Assembly (NCBI GenBank): GCA_023213395.1
Contig: CM041465.1
Location: 39,067,741-39,131,740 of the forward strand
Direction of reading: 5' to 3'
Source of the DNA: Cycas panzhihuaensis
Lineage: Eukaryota; Plantae; Cycadophyta
Length of the DNA: 64,000 bases
This document shows positions 13,122 to 28,416 of this stretch, piece by piece. Made by a program: the position numbers and the translations under genes. Each line of letters starts with the position of its first letter. Within the stretch, counting starts at the first letter, position 1. Below the pieces are notes generated by a model. The model was given only the letters and a program-made list of their open reading frames with translations. It was not told the DNA's origin and ran no database searches.

Positions 13122-14940
13122 TATTAGAAATATTAATATTTTCTTAATGTTACCTTTTCTGACTCCACTTGTATTTCTATTTGAATCATCCTCATGTAGA
13201 TTTGGTGTAGTCAAGTTGGTCAATAAGGTATGGATTAGCTTGTGTAAAGTTACATAAGCTGGCTAGTTGATTTAAAAAAAGAAAGGGAGGATGAGATCCT
13301 TACCATGATCATTTTGTAATGTATTCTTGATTATTATTATAAAATATTATATTTAGGAGTTACTTTTTTTATCCCCACTAGGGTTTTTTCCACCTATTAG
13401 AACTATTTACAATTTTTAAATGATTTGGTATTATTTATTTGATGATTATTATATATATTTCCTACTTCACGTAAATCGTTCCTTTAACATGGTATTAGAG
13501 CAAGGATGTAGAAGTAGATTTGTGAAGATATAAATGTTTGAAAACAAGGTTTCATAATGTTGTCTCAAAGCCATATCTATGGCCATACACAGAAGGTTGG
13601 AAGGATAACATCTACAATTTATTGACTAGGATTAGAACACCCAAAAGGAAGGTTCCAAGCCGGAAGCCATAGTCCTCTCATTGTTTATGTTCTAAACACC
13701 AATGAATAAAGTCCAAAGTGGATTCCACTGTCCTACTCATTAATGTCATTATTCTAAGGTTGCTATTTGACAACAAAGATTTCCATTATGCCACAACCTC
13801 CTTAAAGTCCCCTTGTCACTCTTAAACATAGAGAAGAAAAGAGAGCATTAATAGGAAGTTCAAAGTGTATTGATAGAGTAGGCATTTTGGCAGCTATAAA
13901 ACTAAAGGATAGAAGGGCACGTGATTAGTTTCCTTGCCATCACACTGTAACCCACTATCTCCAACCTACACACAGACATAATTGTCTAATCCAAAAAAAA
14001 TTTAAATGTAGATGCCACATCAATAAAGATCTATAAATAAATGTGATGCCTAACATAAATCCAAGTTATAGAGACATAAACTGAAGACACCAATATAGTC
14101 TTCATGCAAAGGCAAAAAAAAAAAATGTTAACTAATGATTAAATCTTAAAGATGTAGAGATGCCAAGGAAGTAGACTATCCCTTTGGCAAATGGAACATG
14201 TCTCATGCAGAGCATAAAAATTCTCTTAGTCTCCAAATCTTGCCATAAATCTATAGAAGAAATCAACACAAAAAAATCTGCCATTGTAGCTCAAATTTCA
14301 GTCCAAAATCTAGAGACACCCTAAACTTTAGGATAAATATTCTTTTTTTTTTCCCCAAATGGATCGTAAAAAATATTAAATTTGTTTAGTCCATTTTTGT
14401 AAAGTTGCAAAATCTTACAATTTTCTTAAATCATATTTTACATCTACCACTATTTTTATATTTTATTTTTTCTAACATTTCAATTAAATTAAATAAACTT
14501 AAAATAAAATTTTAGGTCTACCATTTGCTAGCCCCTTTCCCAACTAATCCCCAATTATATGAGCCCCCCATGTGACCATATTCTAATATTGAAAGGGGCT
14601 TAAACTCTATTTCTTGGCCCTCTCTATTTTACAAAGGAGGTATATGTATACTTTTGACCATTAGAATTCAGTTCCAGAAGATAAGTCAAATTCTTGGTTC
14701 AGATGTGAACGCTTTAACTGGTCACTCAAGCCATTTGGATGCCATCTTAACCTACAAAATCTCACTTGAATTCAAGCTTTTGAACATGACTAGGTAAGTT
14801 AAGGTACATGATTTTAATTCAAATGTTTCTTTACAATATTTTAAGATTATTACTTTAATTCAATATACATTAAAATATTTGACAAATTCTTTACTTAGCT
14901 ACATTTGTTTTTATATAATTATCAATTATTTCATACAATT
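13122..14940 (+). mobile_element. 5' end (LTR 13122-13489, PBS, long leader) of a copia related to element Z (48447-55491); rest missing
   Basis: LTR shares gggaggatgagatcct and ttttccacct motifs with the reverse complement of Z's LTRs. PBS tggtattagagc at 13490-13501. 14520-14940 aligns to the reverse complement of ~53618-54065. Confidence 0.8.
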
Positions 14941-17435
14941 TTTCTTTTTTGGATATGGTTTAAATAGATGAAGGGGTTTAGAAGGGGACCCTAACCTCTT
15001 TACATAATCTACCTAAAAGGCCCACTAAATTGCCATGATAAGCCCACGACCTAGCTAAAAACTCTAGATGTTGATCTTACTAATAACCCCGCTGCCATTA
15101 ATAAGCCCAACAATTGGCTCAGTTGTTGCCACGACATGTCCAGTGGCTAGCACTAACTACTATTTGGGGCTGATGCTCTCTAAGTCCTTCCTAGCCAGAC
15201 CCAAAATCTCTTCAAGGAACATATCCCTCCGTAACTCATTCTTTTTAGCTTGGAACCCCTAGTTAGCCAACCCATCAGTAACCCCATTGAATTCCCTATA
15301 AGTATGGCTAATCTATATATTAATTCTTCCTGTTAGAGGCTCCTTAACATCATTTATCAAAGCTCTATATCCTAAGTCTGATTCCACTTCCTCTTTAATA
15401 AGTTTTATCACATTCGATGAATCCACTTCAAGGATAACTCTATCATGGCCCTCTAGGGATATCATCTCCACACCTTTGCACATAGCTTCTATCTCATCTC
15501 GATGGTTAGTTTAGGACCTATAATAATCCATGAAGGCCCATATCACCTTCCCATCGGCATTTCTACAGACCCCACCTCAACCTGCTTCGCTAGGATTGCC
15601 TTTCGCTATGCCATCAAAATTTACTTTCACCTAGATTTCTAAGGGAGGATCCTATTTACACTGCCTTTTTTTATCTCATTTTGGTTTTGGGGCACATTCC
15701 CCACTTTTCCAATGTCTTCCCTTCCTTAAGAGGCAAAGAATTCTCCTCCTCCTCCTTTAGAGTCTCTTTCAAGGTCACACAGATCATCGGGAAGAGCTTA
15801 ACTTTGTCCATGTGTTTTCCTTAGAAGATTCTTCTATTCCTCTCTTTCCAGAGGTTCCATATCATCATTGGTATCACTGTGATCCACAAGAAATTCAAGG
15901 ATTTGCTCCTAAAGGGGTAGGGCTAGGAGGCAATGAGAACCCTCACTGTACCTAGGAGAACCCATTTAATACCAAAAATATTCCACAATGGCTTCAATAT
16001 CTCCCTATAATAGGGACAATGTAGCAATATGTGGTCAAGGGACTCCTCCTTAGCCTTTCATAATACACATCTACCCACCAGCACAAACCCTCTTTTCTCG
16101 AGATTATCCATGGTTAGGATTCTATTCTTTAAACAAAGCAACCAGAAAATGGCAACCTTAGGATTTAATCCTAGTCTCTAGATACCCATAAGCATTTTAT
16201 TAGCAATGAGCCCTTTTTTTGAAAGCAAAAACATGTATCCCATCTTAACTAAATATTCCCTAGAGTAGGTTCCAGGACAAACCATAACATCCTCCTTAGG
16301 GAACCTAGGATAACTTTTAACTAACTCATTTCTCAGGGCAATAATTTGGTCCTTTCCTCCATTATCAGGGGAAAAATCCTTAAAGCGTCTCTAGATCTTT
16401 GAGCCATCACAACTTTCCCAATAATCTTTCACTTTTCTCCCATAGATCCTCTCATAGGTATTATGAATCAAGCCTAAAGAGGGTCTCTCCTTCAACCGGG
16501 GCCTCCCACATCAAACATCCTCCCAGAGATTTATTTTTTCACCATTCCCTAGGCTCCACTAGACTCCCACTACAAGTATCTTCCTCATATGAATGAGGCT
16601 TCTCTAAATCACAGAGTTCCCCTTGCCTAAGAGGTCCTCCCTTAGGTACTTTTTGCTCTTGAAATATTTTTGTATCATGATTCTGCACCATATTTTTTTG
16701 TACTCCTTAAATAAGCTTCAACCAAGCTTTGCCACCAAAGCCTTGTTGAAGCAAGCTATATCTTTCACATTCAAGCCTCCTACCCATTTAGGAAGACAAA
16801 CTTTCTCCCAGGCCATAAGGTAAATCCTATCCCTATACTCCACTCTTGACCACAGGAACCTCTTTTGAATGGATTCAAGGTCTCTAATAATTTTGATCGA
16901 GCATTTGAATATAATAATTTTGATCGAGCATTTGAATATAATAATTTTGATCGAGCATTTGAATAAAGACATCATGTAAGTTGGAATACTCTGTAGAGAT
17001 GCAGTTAATAGTTGTAATTTACCTGTTTGGCTTAATTGGGCCCCTTTCCATCATGTTATCTTCCTCTGGACCTAATTAATAGTAGGGTTCCAAAGCTCCT
17101 TCTCCATTTTCCCCACAAAGAGGGGCATTCTTAAATATAAGGTAGGGAGCTTTTGAATGGGCATTCACAAAATTCTACTAATAGCCCCTTAGGTTCTTGC
17201 CAAGGTGTTTAAGAAGAAGATACTGATTTTTATTGAGGTTAATTATTTGGTTTGTTGCCTTCTCAAACCTAGATAACTCATATTTAATAACTCTAGCCTC
17301 TGTAATTGGAACCCTACCTAAAAGGATATTGTCATCCACAAAATACTAATGGACAACATTACCCACACCTGAAATAGGCTTTGATCCCAAAATCTTTCTT
17401 GTTCTCCTGATAACCTCTAAGGCCCTCCCCAGCTG
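14939..17435 (-). mobile_element. Older 5'-truncated L1 LINE (3' RT, zf-RVT, RNase H), related to the LINE at 5317-11604
   Basis: T-rich tail at ~14939-14950; KPISGVGNVVH*YFVDDNI, IQKRFLWS...AWEKVCLPKWVGGL...FNKALVAKLG, VKVNFDG, HTYREFNGVTDGLAN. No clear TSD. Confidence 0.9.
16885..16965. repeat. Three identical 27-bp tandem copies
   Basis: taataattttgatcgagcatttgaata x3. Confidence 0.97.
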
Positions 17436-17629
17436 CTTTTATATGCCATAATAACTTATCCATAACTATTGATGGTCAAGATTAGGTACATGACTTAACT
17501 ATTTTACCACAAAGTTTACTTTTGGTTTAGAATAATCAATATGTAGAATTGGAACAAATTACTGTCGAAGTTCATGTTAGACATCTCCTTCGAAAGAGAA
17601 CAAATAAATAGAGATATTTTGCAAGTCAG

Positions 17630-17731
17630 TTATTATAGGTAGTTCTTACAAAGGATTAGACTAATGACATATACGATACTTTCATTCTAGATGTAAATAC
17701 TACATAGTTAGTTTTCATCCTTCAAAGACTA
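17630..17731. other. Plastid-derived fragment, probably ndhB group II intron
   Basis: acaaaggattagactaatgacatatac...gatgtaaatactacatagttagttttcatccttcaaagact resembles the plastid IR ndhB-intron sequence as I remember it, with C>T/G>A changes. Not searched. Confidence 0.6.
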
Positions 17732-17904
17732 ATTATGAAACCTCGCTTATCTCTCTTTCCAAAGATTGATGAATTGAATGATATTTTTGTTCTAATACTT
17801 GTCTTTTTTTCTCTCTTTTACTAATGATTTGGAAGAGATCTCCTTCAAAGTCTTTAGTGCTTATTTTGATCAACTAGCCATCATCTTAAATCATTGCAAT
17901 AACT

Positions 17905-18005
17905 AAATAGATAGACGTTTTTCTTGATCTCAAGTTGATAAATTGAAATATCTCCTATATAGATAAGACACATTCTATGAAAGTTGACCATAATGGGCTT
18001 AATTA
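17905..18005. other. Probable plastid inverted-repeat spacer fragment (ycf2/ycf15 to trnL-CAA region)
   Basis: The reverse complement ggtcaact...gaatgtgtcttatctatataggagatatttcaatt resembles remembered plastid IR spacer sequence. Not searched. Confidence 0.5.
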
Positions 18006-18040
18006 TTCTGAAGATAGTATATCAGTAGATCTGATGGCCA

Positions 18041-18181
18041 TTGGCTTGAGTAACAGAAACATTAGTGAGAATCCAATACCTTAAAAACCTAAGGGTTCCT
18101 TTGCAAGGTTCATCCATAGAGGGTGAGTCAAGGCCTAAGATCAGGCCGTAGGGCATAGTCGATGGACAACAGCTAAATATT
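18041..18181 (+). pseudogene. rrn23: Plastid 23S rRNA gene fragment (NUPT), ~140 bp
   Basis: ggcttgagtaac...gtgagaatccaat...aaaacctaagggttcct...gcaaggtt...gagggtgagtca.ggcctaagatcaggccg...tagtcgatggacaacag matches a conserved plastid 23S segment with mostly deamination-type changes. Confidence 0.9.
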
Positions 18182-18482
18182 AGAACAAGAATATAAAGAT
18201 TGATTGTAATAACATATTAGGGGTCCACTCTGATACCATGCTAAAGATGAAAATCTATATAAAACCATAAAATATAAGAGATAATAAAATTTATGGGAAA
18301 TGATCATCTCTGATTATTGTGATAGGTACACAACATACTTATAATACATTATCACCTCATGATTATTTAACCATATATGACAACCATTATAACTATTACG
18401 TTAATAAATGACACTAACTTAACATTTAATAAATGAGTTAAGAGGGTCTCCTAACATTACATAATTGAACATTATTCTAAAA

Positions 18483-19941
18483 AAAATCTCGCTATAAGTA
18501 ATGTCTATAGCCACTCCTAGCTGGAGACGTGAACTAATTTAGGACTACCAAAGTGACCCTCTCTCTTAGAAGATATTGAAGGAGATTAAAAACAAAAATG
18601 ATACAAAGTATGAGCTATGGAAGATTTAATTCTATAGAAGGGAGAAACACTTATTCCAGGCTCCTCTAAGCTAAAGGAAAAACTATTAAAGGAATCTCAC
18701 TCCATCGCAAGTGCAAGACATATGAGAATCTATAAAACCTATTATAGGATATGGAGCTCATTCTTTTAGAAGGGAATGAAAACTAATGTTCTCAAATTTG
18801 TAGCAAAATATGACTCTTTTCAAAGGAATAAGAGTGAGAACATAAAAAGTCTTGGATTACTCCAACCTTTACTCATCTCATGATAGAAATGGAAAGAAAT
18901 ATTAATGGACTTTATAACAAGTCTACCAAAGTTAAAAGGTAAATATGTTATTTTTATGGTTATTAATTGGCTCCCAAAATACATGCATTTCTGGGGAATA
19001 CAATCCATAGACAGGCAAGCCAAGTAGTAAAAATATTCATAAAATAAATACATCAATTGCATAATCTCCTCAAGGTTATAATTAGCAATTGTAATCTAAA
19101 GTTTATGAGTAAGTTCTAATAGGACTTGTTGAAATCAATTGGGATGAAACTATCCATGAGCATGACATATCACTCATAAATGGATAGATAAATAGAAACT
19201 ATGAATAAATTCTTAGAAGGATACTTATAGAATTTCACCTCTAATAAATAATAGTTATGGTAGAAATGACTCTATCTACTCAAATGGTGGTATAATACCA
19301 TGTACTGTGTAACAACAAAGATGACTCCATTCTAGGTGCTCTATCTTTTTGAGCCAACATCCCTTCTTACATAGACAAAGACACCATGCATACAAATGAT
19401 TTGAGAACAACAAGAACAAATGGACTAAACACTGTAAATACTAAAAGATAATCTAAACATAGAGAGAAATTAAATGAAGTAACTAGAATATTGACACAAG
19501 TGAGAGAGATCTTTCTCAATAGGTGACTGGGTTTTTTTAAGACTCTAACCATATAAGTAATAGATGATAAGACCAACTAGTAAACAAAATCTAGCCCCCT
19601 GATTTTTTGGACCATACCAGATCCTTGACAAGATTAGAGAAGTAGCTTATCAATTATTATTACCACAAGGAAGTCACATTCATGATGTTTTTCACATATC
19701 ATTTCTTAAACAAAAAAATAGGGAAATGACCATGCCACAAATCATAATCCTAGAATTGGATAAAGAAGAAAAGACTATTTTAGAACTTGAGAGAATTATA
19801 AATATTTGAGCTAAACAATTATGTTCTAGGGAAATAAGGGAGTATCTCATGAAATGGGAGACCTTAGATTTAGAAGATACCGCATGAGAATCAAAATAAT
19901 GGATTAACTGGCATCTAAACTTACCCATGCTTTGAGGGTAA
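18483..19941 (+). pseudogene. Chromovirus integrase and chromodomain remnant
   Basis: HHCC remnant, [43 protein letters not shown]. Confidence 0.88.
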
Positions 19942-22900
19942 AAGCATGCCTATAAGGGTGATGAGGGCCACTACACTTCGACTATGCACTAATGTCTAGA
20001 GGTGAAAGAAAGCCAAGGTTACCCTCGAAGGACGTCCATACATTAGGCTACAGTTTTAAGGAATTGCAATGATGCATAGACCTCTATCCACTCTTGAGGG
20101 TTTGAGATGGTTGGGATATAATATAGAGAAAGAAAGAGAGAGAAATGATGTCCTTAGGTTACTAAGTGGCCTAAACAAAGCTCTCCTATCCATAGAGGGA
20201 AGGGAGGAGGTAAGGATTCCCTTTTGGAAAGGGAAATAGAAGAGTGTTAGGCTCTTTTTAGAAATGGATGTAAGATAGAAAGGGTAGGAATGATGGGTTA
20301 CAATTGTTTGCTTATTCACATAAAGGATAACCTTTAGGTTTAAGTTTATGATGCAAGTTTTGTTTTGGGTTCTTCTTTAGGTTGTAAGAAGAAGGGTGAT
20401 GATGTTGAAGTTTCTTTAGTTGGTTGAAATGCATTTTGTATTTTAGAATAATGGTTACAAAGTTTACAAAATAAAATAGTTATTACAATAAAAATGCTAA
20501 TCACTATTGCTCCCCCTCACTCTTATTTTCTTTTCACTCAAAGGGGCAGTTTAGGGATGCAAGAAGGAAATAAGGAGAGAATGTTGCAACTAACACTTTT
20601 CAATTAAGTTCCTTTACAATACGAGAAGGAAATATACAATATGTAATTTTGATTACGCTATGTTTCCTACCTATGAAAGAAGGATTCTTTCAATTTGTTT
20701 CTTTCAAATTCTGTTCACATGTATTGATGAATGCAAAGTTAAGGGAAAGGAAATGGTGTGTGTATGCAAAATCTTCCTTTCAATGCAAAAGAGCAATGGC
20801 ACATTTCAATCTATGCTATGCCCTTTCTTTTACATATAATATATAAAGAAATAACTTATTTTCTTTTTTATATTCTCTTTGGGAAAAGAGAGGGGAAGAG
20901 GACAAGAGGAGAATAGGTTTAACAAGGTGCACCCAGTTTTAAGATGTTTGGAAACGTGGTGAGACTCCTCTTTGTTCTTCTCCTTTACCGACAACTTGGT
21001 CTCTTTTATTGCTGCAAGAGTTGTTGAAGAAGGTTTGGTAGGAAGAAGGAGGTGCTTCCTTCAAGGCTTGTCCAAGCAAATCTATCAAATGCGTATGTTC
21101 TTTGTTTTTAAACTAAAGAAACAAGGAAATCATGTAACATATGATATAAAAAAAAGCAAAAAAATGATATTCTCTAATGAAAAACAACCTAAGAATGAGC
21201 TTACCCACTTAGGAATAGAAAATGATGGTGAAAATCAAGAATTTTTGTTGTTGGAGGAAGCTTTTAGGGAAGATTCTTTTATTAGTGGATGAAGAGCAGT
21301 ATCTCCTTAGCTGTAGTGGTTGCTTGGGGAGGTCCTCTTGCCTTTAAAGTGTTGATTTCCCCTTTATTTCCTTGCCAAGCTAGCTTTTTGCATACCTTAT
21401 CTGAGAATGCTAGAGAAAAGAAGAAAGTTACTTGAATGATGAGTGAAAAGTCAAGAATGATGATAAATAATGAGTTAAAATCAATTTTTATGAGTTCTAA
21501 AGGCCTATAGGGACCATTAGGCCTCAATCATTACTTGTCCCAAGGCTAGATTTTGCATGAAAGCCTCATTAAACATAGATTTAGTTGTTGGATGGCTACA
21601 TTTAAAGTTTCATTAGTTACACTGCGAATACAGTAGTGGGGCACAATAATCAAAGTGGCACCAATAAAAAATAGGGTGGTACAATAATAATTTGGCAAAT
21701 TTTAATAAAAAACCAACAAAAATTAATAAAAACTAATAAAATAGAGGGGGGATTCCTTGTTAGGGGACCTAAAACATCTCCTTAAGGTCCTACAGATCAT
21801 TTCTAGGTCATTCTATGAATTGAAAACTGGTAGAAAGATAGGATAGACCTATCAAGATGAATCAAAATTATATGAAAAGATCGTGGTCAAGGGTGCCTAG
21901 ATGTAGACAAAGCCTGAGAAATGGATTCCAATGAAATATATAGACAAATCTCATGAGGTATAAAGAATGAGAGGCAACTTTCCACTAGAAACGTTGATAA
22001 ATTATCCTGGGTGGACTAAAGGATAGATGAGGCACAACAGAAAAGGTGAAAGATGATGTAAGAAAGCACAAACAAATTAATATTCATCCCAAAACCAAGC
22101 TATTGAAGCATGTGAGGGGTCTATTACCATTTGGGGATTTACCATGGGAGCTCAATAATGCTATTGGACTAGAGTCCTGGTTGTCATAGGTAGGAATATA
22201 TATAGGCAAGGGGATCAAGCAAGCAATCCAAGCATTTAGGCAACTATACAAATATTACATAATATAATGATTGTAAATAATATAATATAGAGTAAGGGAT
22301 AGAATATATACCTAAACTTATCTATGTAATGATGCTTGGTCCATTCCTAGTAGGTGGGAAACACTGCACCCTTAGCAGTAAAATCTCATTACTCTAGAGC
22401 ATCAAATAATGGTGAATATTGGCAACATAAATGACATCAATGGAAAAGATATCTAAGAAACGAATGTGTTAATAAACAAGGCAAGTAACAAGTACTGTAA
22501 CTGATGCATGAATGGAGAGAAAGAATGTGTCATGAGGAAGGGGGAGAGATATGGCTCAGTTAACCCTCTAGGTATGGGACCATGCAACCGAGGATAAAAG
22601 GAGCAACCTAGAGGAATGCCCTCAGTGGTACACTTAAATGGGTAGTAAGACCTAGGGGAATAAGATGGGTTCAAAACCCAAAGACATAACTTGGGAGAAT
22701 CAGGGGATGCCTCATCACTCCAAGATAGGACAAGAACTAAATAAAGAAGGACGGTTTTAGTCATCATAGTTTGGCCTTGTTAGTGGCCACTGTTTGGAGG
22801 TAGAGAGAAGTAAAGGTCGAGGGGAGCAAAGCCAAGACCTCACAGTGGGTTAGGAGGAACCTTAGGGGAGCTTGAGCCCTGACTGAGAGAGCTAGGCAGC

Positions 22901-23127
22901 TTGAGGGGAATATACAATGATAGCAGCACATCGCCTGGGCCTTAAGCGAGAGAGCTAAGCAGCTCAAGGGGAATACACTATGATAGCAGCACACTGCTTG
23001 GGTAATTTTGCATCATAGCTCTGATGAGAGGAAAGATTCTGACCTCTAAGGGATTCTCTACTGCACATGTATGATTATACATCCTCTTTTTAAGGATTTA
23101 AGCTTCCTAGAGAACATTTCACCTACA
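19942..23127 (-). mobile_element. Tat/Ogre-like copy 1, part B: rest of the 5' leader and a long 5' LTR
   Basis: Aligns to 33473-34570, 35269-36065 and 40236-40760. Probable LTR 5' terminus TGTAGGTGAAATGTTCTCT on the minus strand at 23127. Confidence 0.8.
22870..23002. repeat. 63-bp degenerate tandem repeat (two copies plus a partial) inside the LTR
   Basis: Units start at 22870, 22933 and 22996; shared core gagagagcta.gcagct..aggggaata...atgatagcagcaca. Confidence 0.85.
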
Positions 23128-23148
23128 GATATTATACTACTATTAATC

Positions 23149-28416
<5,268 letters not shown>

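Larger units (their letters stand above)
12838..18482 (-). mobile_element. Small-LTR copia-type element with none of its own coding sequence left; interior is nested or foreign DNA
   Basis: Matching ~244-bp LTRs at 12838-13081 and 18239-18482. PBS on the minus strand (actctgatacca, 18227-18238). Decayed TSD ggaat/aaaat. The chromovirus pol resumes after 18482. Confidence 0.85.
3687..19941 (+). mobile_element. Chromodomain-bearing Ty3/gypsy (chromovirus): 5' LTR, largely deleted gag/PR, RT-RH-INT-chromodomain, no 3' LTR; interrupted by insertions at 5317-11604 and 12838-18482
   Basis: LTR followed by a PBS. RT N-terminus VNIHPYQHPYHLNKEI spans the LINE site. FSLTNA and VFFNNILIYS (decayed FGLTNAP and VFFDDILIYS), DALS, integrase Zn finger LKESHS...HMRIYKTY, GLLQPL, and chromodomain YLMKWETLDLEDTA (~19840-19890). 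Confidence 0.85.

Noticed and set aside
16885-16965. 27-bp repeats as a CRISPR-like array
   Set aside because: The copies are head-to-tail with no spacers, there are no cas genes, and the context is a eukaryotic LINE.
18041-18181. Functional rRNA gene or bacterial contamination
   Set aside because: Only ~140 bp, mutated in the nuclear deamination pattern and embedded in TE sequence.
2207-19941. Helitron or DNA transposon explanation for the 17.7-kb block
   Set aside because: No TC...CTRR ends with a hairpin, no terminal inverted repeats and no transposase were seen.
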